A DNA stretch of 64,000 bases from Cyanophora paradoxa CCMP329. Its lineage: Eukaryota; Plantae; Glaucophyta. How positions within the stretch are numbered: the first letter of the stretch is position 1; the number at the start of each line of letters is the position of its first letter. The notes below the pieces were generated by a model. It did not search any database and was not told where the DNA came from. It was given only the letters and a program-made list of their open reading frames with translations. Shown here piece after piece: positions 22,981 through 34,705 of this stretch. The stretch is from positions 1-64,000 of the forward strand of contig QPMI01000007.1 of the NCBI GenBank assembly GCA_004431415.1. Reading direction: 5' to 3'. A program made the translations under genes and the position numbers.

Positions 22981-25900
22981 ATGTTTCGAGGCGACTGGAA
23001 TCGGTCTGATGGCCATGGCGGGCATGCGCAAGGCGCGCCTTTGCTCTTACATCTGCTTGGGGAGCTACCCGGCTCCCGGGTCCGCTGATCATGAGAATCT
23101 GCCACCGGACTGCAGGCGCCAATTCCAACGCGTCGACGTCGGGGAAGTCTTTCATCGGTTCGGTCCGGGATGAGTTCGACCAGGCGCACCCCGAGAAGAG
23201 ACACCGCACTCTGGTCGTCGCCTTCACGATGGGCCCAGGTCCAGGTGAGAACGCCGGCGTGCCAATCAGTCGAATTCGCTTCTGAATCCGCTCGCATCGC
23301 ACCTTCTGTCCAGTTCCAACTCGGCTGGAAAGGGGATCCCTGTTTCAGATAGAAAACGCGCAGATCTTGGGGGTTGTCGACGTCGACGTGCCTGATCCGA
23401 AGTCGAACGCCGGACAGCATGCAGCGTTCGATGCGGCGTATGACCTTCTTAATCCTGGTGCGCCCTGGAGCAGATATCGATCTCCTGCCTTCTCCGCCCG
23501 GCTCATTCAAACTTTAGACATTAAATCATGCTAATTCGACCGCAATCGATAACAGAGGGAGTGGACGGCGTTAGCTTCATCCAAATTCCTCCCGTGGAAC
23601 CGAAGTCAAATTCGAAGCACGCGTCCTCGGATTTGTCGAAAACATGCACAGCTCATGATCGAGACTCGGTGGCAGGGTTACGTAAAGGCAGGCTTTTTAA
23701 ATTCGATCGCATGTTATACTTGAGATGTCATTCCATGATTATCAATAGATCGCATATTAATCGAGAGTTCGCGCAGGTTTCTTGAATTTAGGGCTGAAGG
23801 CCACCAGCGCTAGCTCCACCAACGGCGCCGCACATGTAAAGCTGGTCGCACGGGCCTGGAACAGTGTGCCCCTTTTGATCTAGCTATAGATCTGCCGTTC
23901 ATTTCCACATAATCCGCAAGAAACGAGTTTTCACGCAGGCATTTTTAACCCGCAGCCCATGGAAACTTCAAGCAGCAGTTCTACGGCTGCAGGGGTACCG
24001 GTGCAACCGGAAAGGGAGGACAGTGGAATGCGAGGTTTGCGCTCTTCTGTACTCCGTTCTTTCTTAACCTTTCGTTGAAGACCTGGGGGCGTAGGTGACG
24101 AAGTACTAGTTTTCGAGGAGGCGAGGGGCCCGCTCCCTCAGACAGTGGATGTCGTGGAGCTGCGCAAGAGCTACGACCGACGATACCCGTCGCTGCGCGG
24201 CCGGACGATCGTCATCTGTACCGATGCCGGTCAGATTTATAAGCCTAGGCCTAGGACGCCGAGCCCAGCTGCCCCTCAAAGGCATCATGGCAAACCGGTA
24301 CCACGATCTTGCTGTCGCAGGGGCGCCAAGGCGGCGTTTAGTCGCCGGCGTAAACTTTGAGAGTGATCACAACGGCCGATGCTTCGGCAGAGAAGACCTT
24401 GCGGATGCAGTGGAGGTCGCGGTTGGCCGATTAAGTGCGTTGCAGGCAGCGTACATGTGTGCTCATCAGAGTCTGGAGTTAAAGTTGATTTTCCCGAGTT
24501 GCAGGTGCAAATACGTGGTTTCGAGAAATAGGGAACGAGCAGGCGTGCGTGACGGCTGTCCCTCCTATGTTCCTGGGTGCGTTAACGTTCACACATGGCA
24601 TTCTTGGGAAAGACTCCACGTACACTTTCTAGTAGGGCTGCGCATGCCTGTGGCCGCTGACTGCAGCGCAGGGTCCTCCGCTGACGTGATGTTAGTTGAG
24701 ACAGAAGCCAACATCGTATTTGATATCAATGCGAGTAACCGCCAGCTTCAAGCAGTCGCTAAGCAGCTGCGAGCGATGTTTGAAAAAGAACACCCACGTG
24801 CAAGAGATCGCCCTATCATTATTTGCGGAAGGAGAATCAAGTTTGCAACTGATCGCCATAGAGGTATGAAGAAAATATGAAGAGACTAGCGCTTGAATTT
24901 ACATAAAGCAGATGTCAGCACGAATGCACAGCCTCCCTTCATCGTTGATGCCATCGTTGTTTCCGAAGCCCCTCGACCGTTCCGCGGACTCCGCGGCTCC
25001 GCCGATCACGAAACCCCGGGCCCCTTCTTCAGCGGCGCGGTCAAGTTGGGGTCCGAGGCGCCCGTCGACAGCTTCGCTGTCATCGGTATTGACTCGACCC
25101 TGTCTAACACGCGTACGTTGAGCTTTCCAATAGTTTACATTGACGCGTGCGGTGCGTTCGATTTCGATTAAATTGATTTCGATTTGATTTGATCAAAACT
25201 GCTGACCCTGATCAAAACTGCTGATGCCGATTATTTTCATTTGCAGATCATTTTATGCCCTACTGCGCTTTCGATTACCAGGACGCACTACCGCTAGAGC
25301 TACCCATCATAAGCCTCGCCAGGCTCCCGCCGATCTTCGAGTTTCCCGGCCACGGCATAATGATCTGCAACTCGGAACACCGTGTGAACTTTGAGGGGGT
25401 GAAGACGCGCGACGAGCTTCTGTACTCGTTCCTCTGGGCGTACGACGCCAAATTCCCGCCCCAGCGCGACCCGAACTCGGATCCAGAGCGCTTCTGGCGG
25501 GATCCGGTCGTAGTCCTTGCCTGGATTCGGATGCCGCTCGAGTCTTCAAGTGAGTATGGTGCCCAGCTTCTCAAGAGCATAAGCGTCACTGAGGTCACAT
25601 TGATATGACGATAAGGGGTGACCTTAGCGCTTTCACAAATTGGCAAAGTGATTAATTTCGGTCTCTGCACAGACATTGGCAAGCCCGGAGAACTGTGGGA
25701 GTTGCGCACCAGCGTCCTCGCATTCGTCGGTTACCCCTTCGAGGAGATCAAGCACGTGTGTGACGTCGGCCGCCCTTTCGACGCCGAAACAAAAGCCGTC
25801 GTGATGAGAGCCGCGCAAGCGAAGATCGGTGACCACGCCCCAGCCCACCAGCACCTTCGCCGCCCTAGGCTTCCCCCCTGAGTTGAAGGCGCGCTCAGGC

Positions 25901-28900
25901 TCTCTCTGGAGGAGTTCCGACGACTTCGACTGGGTCGCGTTGGACGTCGTTCCCCCGTTCAGTACCTCGACGGGCGGGAAGAAAACCCGGGCGGATTCAA
26001 TTTCGAACAAGGTCGTCGCCGTTGAGCCAATCTCAGAGGAAAGCGAGGGTCGACTTCGAGCGGAGCCTGCCGGGGCCAAGGACGGGGGGAAGAACCCGAA
26101 GAAGAGCCGGGCGGACACGATCGTCGAGCGGCTCCGCGAGCGGCAGCGGCTCCGCGAGGCCGAAAGGGAGCGGAAGAGCCGAGCGGAGGAGGAGCGCCGC
26201 GCGGCGGCCGCGCGGGCGGCAGAGGAGGGGCGCGAGGCCGCCGCGCGGGCGCAGCGCGAGATCGAGCAGCAGACACTGGCGAACAAGGTCCGTACTTTTG
26301 TGTTTAATTTTTGAATATTCGAAGAAAAGGATATCTATAGAGGCCTGACGAGGGGTGGGCGTGCAGGCGGCGGCGGAGCGGCTGGTGCGGCGGTCGGAGT
26401 GGGCGAAGGCGCGGGCGCTGCTCGAGGGCGTGTTGGCCCGCGAGCCCGACTGCCTCCCCTCCCGCCTCGCCCGCCTCAGCGCGCCCCGCCCCGCCCCGCC
26501 CCGCTGCTCGTGAGGCTTCTGCCTCTGATTCCGAAAGCAGGGTGCCTGGTGGGCCTCGGGCTCTTCGAGGAGGCGCTGCGGGAGGCGGACCGCGAGCTCG
26601 CCCCGCGCCTCGCCGCCCGCCCCGCCGGCCCCGACGCCGCCGCGATGACCGCCGAGTGCGCCCCGCCCGCGGCGTTCGCGCCACACCGCGCCGCCGCCGC
26701 GCCCGACGCAAGCCGCGCAGAGTGGCGCAGCGGCGCGCGCAGGCGGAGGAGGGCATCGCGCGGCGCGCGCGGGAGGCGGCGGAGGCGGCGGCGCGGAGGC
26801 GGAACGAAAGGCGGCGCGGGAGGCGCGGGCGGCCGCCTCGGCTCCGGAGGCGCCCGCGGAGCCTGCCGCGCCCGCGAAGGACGAGGAGCCGCCCCCTGCC
26901 GAGGAAGCGGCGCCGCCTGCCGAGGCCGAGGCCGCGGCGGAGCCGGTGCTGGTCTGCTGTGAGGCGGAGTGCGCGCAGGCCATCCGCCCTCCGATGAGTG
27001 CGCCTTCCCCCTCCCTCTTCCGCCCTACCCCTCTTCCCCTCCTCCTCCTCCTCATCCCCTCCTCCCCCGGCGCGCGGCCGCCGCATCAAGACCCCCCCCC
27101 CCCCCCCCTCCCTCCCTCCCCACCCACCCTCCTCCGAACCCGTCTCACCCTCCCACCCCACCCCTCTTCATCCCCTCTCTCCCTCTTCCGCCCTACCTCC
27201 CGTTCCCTTCCCCTCCTGCCCACCCTTCCCCGCCAACCCCCCGCCCCCGCCCCCCCTCCCCCCCCCGCCCCGCCGCCGCTACGTCAGGCCCCCTCTCTCC
27301 TTCCCCTCTCCCCTCCCTCACATCTTCCCACCTTCCTCTTTCCCGTCTCCCTCCCGCGACCCCCCCCCCCCCCCCCGCCCTCCCCGAACCTGTCCTCCCC
27401 TAGCATCTACCTCCCCTCAGCCCCTCACACCTACCCGCTCTCCCCACTGCCCCCACCTGCCCGCCCCCCCCCCTCCCCTCGCCTCTCCCTCCGCAAATCC
27501 TGTATCCACCCCCTCCCTCCTTCCCCTTCCCTTTCTACCCCTCCTTCCCCCCGCAACCGCAGCTCGCGCTGGCTTGTTGACCGACGCGGCGGCAGGTACG
27601 TCGAGGTGCTCTGCTCCCGCGACTGCCGCGCCGCCGCGATGCACAAGAGCTGCTGGCGCGCCCCGCCCCCCCACCCGCCGCTCCATATACCTTCTGAAGC
27701 CGCCCGACAGGAACCGGTTTAAGCGGGACCGGGGCCGGCGGGTGGCCGGCGTGCCGTGCCCTGCCGCCAGCTGCGGGGGCGCCGTCGAGGACTCGGAGGT
27801 CCGCCGGCCCGGCGAGCCCCGCCGCCGCCACCGGCCCCGCCCGCCGCCCCGCCCCGCCGGCGGCCTCGGGGCAGGCGGCAGGGCCCGCCGGCGGCGACCG
27901 GCTCTCTCAGCAGCCGCCGCCGCCCCCGGAGCGGCCTCTGTTCGCTGCAGCGCCGGCGGCTGCCCCCCGCAACGGGGCGGCGGCGGCGGTGCCTGCGCGC
28001 GGGCCGCAGGTGCAGCCGCTGCAGGGGACGTGCGAGCTCTGCGGCAAGCAGTTCAACAGCGCCGCGCAGCTCGCGCAGGTGCGCCACCGGCCGGCTGTCT
28101 CGTGTCTGCGCCGGCCGTCATGTAACTGCGAGATCGGGGCGGCAGCACGTCGAGAGTGACGGGCACCGTCGCCGCGCCGCGCAGCGCGCCCGGTGCGCCC
28201 CCACGTCGACCGCTCGCCGCGCCGCGCCCGCAGAGCCCGCCGACCATTTCCGCAGCCCCACTCCACCGGCGCCAACCTCTTCCCCTCCTCCCGCCCCGAC
28301 ATTCCCCGTTCCCGTTCCCGTACCCGCACCCGTACCCCGCCCCGCCGGCGCCCCGCCCGCCCCCGCAGCTACGACCCCTTCGCTGCGGCCCGACGCGCCG
28401 GCATTCGTCCCAGGCCTGAAAGCCCCGCCCCCGCCCCCGCCCCCGCCCCCGCCCCCGCCGGCGCCGGCGCCCGAGTCCGCTGCTGCATTCGGTCCTTCGT
28501 CCTCCACCGGCCCGGCCCCCGTCCTCCACCAGGCCGCGGACCCGTTCTCCAGTCTGCCCGGGCCGCCTCCCCCCGGGTTCGAGGCCGGCCCCGGCGCCGC
28601 TCCGGCCCCCACGTCAAGCCTGGCTCGCCCGCCCAGCCCGCCTCGGGGCGTCAGTCCCCCCCCGGCGCCCCCGCCCGCCATCGGGCAGCGACCGCCTGCA
28701 ATGTCGGGATCGGCCGCGGGCATCTCCGCGCCCGCGGCGCCCGGCGCGCGCCCCACGCGGCCCTACCTTCCACCCGGCGGCCCCTTCCGCCCCGCGCGTC
28801 CCGCGCCCGTACGCCCCGCCCGGCGTCCCGACCCTCGCCCCGAGGCCCGCCCCACCCGCCCCGGCGGCCGCGGCTCCCTCCGCCCCGCCGCCCCCTCCGG

Positions 28901-29639
28901 CCCCCGCCCCGCCGCCCGCCCTTCTGGCCCCGCCGGTCGTGCCGGAGGACGAGAGGGAGGGGTACGACTCATCGGACGAGCCGGAGGGGTACGGCGTGCG
29001 GGAGTGCTCCGTCTGCCTCAGCAAGGTCGCCACCGTCCGCTTCGAGCCCTGCGGTCCGCCCCGCCGGCCTCCGCCTGCACCCTCGGCCCATTCCCTGACG
29101 GGGCGGGCAGGGCACCAGCGGGCGTGCCTGGGGTGCGTGCGGACGATGCGGGGCACGTACTTCAAGGACTTCGGCGCACACTGCCCCTGGTGCCGCGCCC
29201 CCGTCCACTCCTGGCAGCAGGCCCGCCCCCGGCCCCCCCGCCCCCGCCCCCCCCTGAAACTCAAGGGGCGGCAGGTGGCGGGGGAGGAGGAGTATCAGGC
29301 GCCGGAGCGGTGCGTGCGCTGCTGCGCCCTGCGCCGCCCCGCGCCCCGCGACGCGCGGGTCCTCTTCCTCCCCTGCGGTCCGCCCCGCCGTCCCTCCCTC
29401 CTCCTTCTCCCTCTTTCTGGGGCCTCACGGGGGCGGGGCGGGGGGCAGGGCACTGGGACCACTGCCTGCGCTGCGTGCGCGAGCTCGCGCGGGCCGCCCC
29501 CGCCGGCGCCCCGCCGCGCTGCCCCGCGGCCGGCTGCGGCGCCCCCGCGCGCTGGCACGGGCCCCGCCACGGGCCCGAGGCCGCCGCCCAGCGCCGCGCC
29601 CTCGACGCCGGCTCGGGGGCCGGCGGGGGCGGGGCGTGA
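22981..29639 (+). CDS. TTC3-like multidomain E3 ligase: unknown N-terminal repeats, coiled coil, TPR, TTC3/DZIP3-type Cys domain, C2H2 finger, PAM2 motif and two RING-HC domains
   Basis: TPR-like EWAKARALLEGVLAREP...CLVGLGLFEEALREAD; CCEAEC...YVEVLCSRDCRAAAMHKSCW...GVPCPAASCGG; CELCGKQFNSAAQLAQ|HVESDGH; SLRPDAPAFVP (PAM2-like); CSVCLSKVATVRFEPC|GHQRACLGC...CPWCR; CVRCC...LFLPC|GHWDHCLRC...CPAAGC. The 5' exons link in frame through GT/GC-AG introns, but the start is uncertain. Confidence 0.7.
27000..27555 (+). repeat. C/T-rich low-complexity tract in an intron of the TTC3-like gene
   Basis: About 550 nt of C-dominated pyrimidine runs. Confidence 0.85.
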
Positions 29640-30137
29640 GCCGTACAATCAATTAAAATCAAGTCGTCGTGAGTGATAATCACTGAGATAGGATAGTTAT
29701 CAGTTACAGCCGCGTGGCAGCTGCTGATCAATATCATTCTCCGATCATGGCCAGTGGCATGTATAGTCACACTGAGTTAGCGTAAGCGGTCGACGTCGAT
29801 CTGACGTCGACATAATCGATATCATGATGACCATGACGCCGTGCGCGCGGTGACGCTTGAATTTGCTCATGCTAGCCGCGCGCTGAGCGCCCTGCTCGTA
29901 ATCCTAGTATAGCAACACAGCTTATAATTAGTTACAAACAGCTTAAGCTGAGGCTATTGACTCACCATGGCATGATCAGTGACTTCACGTGCACGTGCAC
30001 TGGTGCCTTGAATCGAACAGCAAGCCAGATCCGTTTTGCTTCAGCTCAAATCTCACGATATTGATCAGGAGTCTACGTATACAGCTACACGGGACAGCAG
30101 CAGCCCGAAGCAGCAGTTATCGCGCGCTGGGCAGGCT

Positions 30138-33100
30138 TCAGATCTCGAGCCCGTTGAGCCCGGCGACGAGGGCGTCCCAGTACCCCCCGCTCGGCCTGCG
30201 CCGAAAATTGTAAATACGCTTAAGCGCTGGGCCGGGCCGGGCCGGGGCGCACGGGCGGTCCCAGGGGCCGGGCGGCGAGAAGGGCGAGACGGAGAGGACG
30301 CCGGCGCCGCGCCGGCGGGACTCGCGCAGCGCGGCCCGCAGCGCGCCCCCCGCCCCGCAGCCGTGCAGGACGTGCCAGAAGCGAGACGCCGGGTAGCTGT
30401 CCGAATGCAGTGTTAGAGGCGCGGGAGCGGGGTACAGGCTAAAAGAAGGGTGGGGTACAATGCGCACCTCGAGCGCCAGCGGGGGAGGAAGGTGGCGGGG
30501 TACGCCGCGCAGTCGGACGCTGCGGGCGGCGTCTCAGCGCGGCGAGCGAGGCAGCAGCACTCCACGCGGGGACCGGCACGCACCCAGATCGATCTGGAGG
30601 GCGAGGCCGGGCGGGGCCGGCATGATCATGGAAGCCGGCGCACGGCGGGGCAGAGCTCGGGGGCGGGGCTAGGAGCGCGGGGCAGCGGCTCCCCGCCGGC
30701 GGGGCGGGGCGGGGCGGGGCGAGGCTAGAGAAGGCGGGGGAGCCTAGGGGCCCCCGGCGGTCGGATGGAAGCGAGGGGGCTGGGTCCCTCGCGGGCGTGG
30801 CGGGGGCGCTAGGCGAGCCAGGCGAGAATTCGAGACGGGGAGGCCTAGGCCTAGGCCCAGGACCCCCGGCGTCCCCGGACCGGAGCGCACGACGAGGTCG
30901 GCGGCGCGCATGGCGCACTCCTCCACGCCCGTCCCCGCCCCCAGCACCGCCACCTGCCCGCGCCCCCGGCGTCAGGTGCACGCCCGGAGAAGGAAGAAAT
31001 TTAGAGAGCGCCCCACTGAGATCCAAGATCTAGCTCTAGAGTGCATCTAGATCTAGTTTGGAGGGCCCGGGGCGCTCTCAGAGAGCGCCCCAGAAATGGA
31101 GGGCGCCCGGGGCCAGGAGGGCGCCCCGGTAAGCCTTGAAGATCTAAGCTCTAAAGTGTGTCCAGAACTAAAAAGCTTTCAGATAGAGCGCCCCGGGCCC
31201 CGGGCGCACGGCGGTGGAGCCGAAGGTGCGGCGGACGCGCCGCCGGAGGGCCGCGTAGTACCCCGCCGCCCCGCACGCCCTGCCCCCGCCCCGCGCTCAG
31301 ACCGCTCAGATCGCTCAGAGGCGGGAGGCCAGTGCTCATATCTGACCCGCTGCCCTCGTCGAAGAGGATGCCCCCGACGCCCTTGTACAGCGCGCGGTAC
31401 CCGTCTGACGGCGAGCGGCGGTCGCGAGGGGTCCGAGCGCGGAGCGGGCAGCCGAAGCTAAGCTTGGTGGAGTCGGGTCCGACGGTCGTACCGATGTCAG
31501 AGAGGGCGTCTCGGAGCGGGCGGGCACCCCAGCCCGTCCGCACGTAGCTGAGACGCGGCTCAAAATGGGGCGCGCTGTATAGCCGGCTACGGATCTCCGC
31601 ACCCGAGGACCGTCACGCCGGCCGCCCGCGCGTCGCCGACGGCCTTCGCCTGCACGCGCGCCGCTCGGACCAGAGGGGAAATTCGGGGCGGAGAACGGGG
31701 ATTGCGCGCGCACGTAGAAGGGGTCCGGGGCGCCCCCGGGCCCGTCCTGGGGGTTGAAGACCGCGTAGGCACGGACGACCTTCGGGGCGGCCCCCGCCAC
31801 CCGCCTGCGAGGGCGAGGGTGTCAGCTCCCGTGAATTAATATTCGAGGGAGGCCGAGGCCGCGCACGCCCAGGGGAATTCGGGAATTCGGGGGGGGGGGG
31901 GGGGGAATTCGCGCACGCCCAGTAGGACGGGGAGCGCGTGCACACGGGCACTCCCAGCGCCTGCCTGCGCATTCCCGGAAATTCGAAGTCAGCGCGCCGC
32001 GCACGGGCTGTGAAACGGCGACCGGGCTCACCTGAACGTGTCATCTGATTCTGAGCCCGATGCGGTCTTGTTGCCCGCCCCCTCCGCCGCCGCCGCCGAC
32101 TGCGCCCCTTGCCCCCCCACAACCGCCACCGCGGGGTCCGCGTAGATGATCTGGGATCACCTGAGCCGTCTGATCGTCTGAGGCGGGGGTACGCGGATCG
32201 CGCGCGCACGTCAATGGGGGCCTCCTCGGCGTAGGGGTCGCTGGGGTAGTCGGATTCGGTCGGCAGGGAGGGTTCGGGCCACGGGCCGGAGGGCTCCAGC
32301 TCGCCCGCGGCCGCGGCCGGCGGCACGGTCGCGTTTCCGGCGCCCGTCAGCGAGGCGCGAAGGCAGGCCTGGGCGCAAGCAAGCTCAAGCTCAGAGAGTG
32401 CGCGTGCGGGCGGGCGGGTCGGGCGGGTCGGGGGGGCTGACCAGGAGCGGGGCGGCGGCGGCCTCGGCCTCGGCGCCGTCGAAGCTGACGCTGAAGCGGA
32501 GGCGCAGCGCCACAACGTCAAACGACGCCGCCGGCACCCCCGCGCCTGCAGGAAACTTAGAAAAGAGCGGCAGACAAAAAGAGTTGTTGCGCAGTATATA
32601 TGCGCGCCCGGGAGGCGGAGGCGGAGGGCGCGGGGGGGCGGCGCCCCCGGGTCGGCGAAGAGGTGGGTGACGGGGGCGGAGGCGGTGCAGCCCTCGAGCT
32701 CCGACTCCACCGCCGCCGGGACGACCTGCGGGCAGGCGCGGAATGAATTCGAAATCGAAATCTAAAGCGAGCCCGCCGAAGGCGACGCCGAACCTCGCTC
32801 CAGCCGCCGGCGCCCGCCGAGAGGTCGAGTTCGGAACCGGCCTCCGGGCTCGTCGAGGAGCTGCGGGCCGAGACGCCGGCGCTTCCGTCGGCCACGAGAA
32901 CCCGAAAGGCTGGGGACGCAGAGCGTAGCGTAGCGTGGCGGAGCGTAGCGGCCGCACCCGACTTCCCAGACGGAGGCGCGGGAGCACGAGGCGACGAGCT
33001 CGGCGGAGAGCAGCCGGGGCGGGCCGGCGGGGGGCCCGCCCTCCTCCCCGCCGCCCTCCCCGCCCCCCTCCTCGGCCTCGTTCTCCTCGGGGAGGGCGTA

Positions 33101-34451
33101 GGGGCGGGCGGCCAGGCAGGCCGGCACGGAGAAGAGGAAGGAGGGGTCCGCGTCGGACGCGGGGCCCGCGATCTGAGCTCCGATGAGCAGTGTGAGACGG
33201 GAACGGGCCGCGGGCCGGGGTCGGGGGGCGCTGACGCACGAGGGGCGCGGGGAGGTCGACGGTGAGGGGGCCCGCCTCGTTGTCGTCGCCCGCGGCCGCG
33301 TCGGCCTCCTCCTGCGCTCCGTTCAATGAGGAGGACGGGGCGCTGGCTGGCACGCGCGGCCGGACCGCGCCCGAGTCGAGATCGAGGTCCAGGCTCGGGG
33401 GCGCCGTGACGTCGATGACCTCTGTCTCCTCCTCGCCCGCGCCGACGTCGACGCCGGCTGCGCCCCCGCCCTTGCCGCCCCCGCCGCCGTGCACGACGTA
33501 CGCCCCTTGCAGGCATTCCTGCGCGAGGCGAGGGGGCCTTAGCTCGCGCCACGGCCAGCGCCGTCGAGCGCAATGCAAGCGCGGACCATCAGCGGGCCCA
33601 TCACGTCGATGTCGACGCGCTCGTCAGGCCCTTCCTGCGCGCCGCCGCCGCCCGCAGTCGCCCCGCCCGCCTCGCCTCGGGTGCCCGCCTCCTCCTCCGC
33701 CGCCACGCTGAAGTTGAGGCGGAGCACTAGGCCCAAGCTGTTCTCTGGGGCGGGCGTCAGCTCCGATGTCCGGCCAGGCCTCGCCGAGCGCCGGCGCCTT
33801 CGCACCGTCGACGGCGACGATGAGCTTCCGGCCCGGGACGGTCACGAGGTCCTTCGGGATCGCGTGGACGAGCGAGCACCTGCGCGCGCACCCGTGGACA
33901 TCAATCCTTGAAGCTCGAGGAGGCGAGGACGTCCACCGCGGACGAAGGCTGACCCCATGGCCATCCTCGAGTCGTTGTAGTGCTGCTCCACGGGGGCTGC
34001 CGTTATCCAGCGCTCGCCGCCGCTATCCACGTCGATGTCTGCGAGGAATTCGAAGTCGTCCGCGGCCGTCGAGTTATCCAGCGCCCTGCGCGCGCGCGCG
34101 GGACGGGGGGCGGGCCCGGCCCGGACCCAGGAAGCAGTCAGGCGGATGTACGGTGAATGGCGGGCATGATTAGACAGCCGAGAAGCGCGAATGCAGAACG
34201 CCGAGGCGCCAGCGCCGGCCGCGTCGCGCGCGCGCGACACCAATTGCAATTGCAAATTCGAAATTAAACCGATCCAGCTCGCACCGAAGGCGCCAGGACT
34301 GCGATGCATTGTTGCAGGAGAGCGAAAGTTCTACCGAATCTAGCCTTGCGCGACTCCCGCGGTCGCGCGTGGACGTGGCCTCGTCGACGAGCTGAGAGTC
34401 AAGGTCGACCTCGGCTACGGCGCTCACACACGCCGGGAGCGCAAAGTGCAT
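30138..34451 (-). CDS. Protein with a C-terminal spherulin-4 / GH135-like TIM-barrel domain and a long unknown N-terminal region (possibly two genes)
   Basis: Spliced C-terminal part: YAVFNPQDGPGGAPDPFY|..AVGDARAAGVTVLG|YVRTGWGARPLRDALSDI|..YKGVGGILFDEG|..VAVLGAGTGVEECAMRAADLV|..PRWRS|YPASRFWHVLHG...RRRGAGVLSVSP...PWDR|..GYWDALV. This follows the spherulin-4 motif order. The 5' exons and start (ATG 34451) are tentative. Confidence 0.65.
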
Positions 34452-34705
34452 CACGTAGCCATCGTGTATTGCGCGGGCCTGGCGCGCTGTGAGCCCCGGC
34501 AACGCCCAGGGGGCCGAGAAGGGCCGGCGCGCGATGCGCTCACACCATTCGCGCGTACCTGAACGGGCGGGAGCTCCACGGACACTGTATAGCCCGCTGT
34601 GCAAGCGGCGAGGGCCAGCAGGGCGCAGGCGACGGCGGCTCGCATTCCTTGCGGCACGGTATCCCCCCCCCGCGCTCGCAAGTCGCTGAGGGCGCGTGCG
34701 GGGCG

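Noticed and set aside
22938-23510. 190-aa minus-strand ORF suggesting a separate or mobile gene in the lower-GC region
   Set aside because: No ATG start or recognisable motif, and the + strand shows spliced exons carrying the repeated domain. No transposase or RT motifs were seen.
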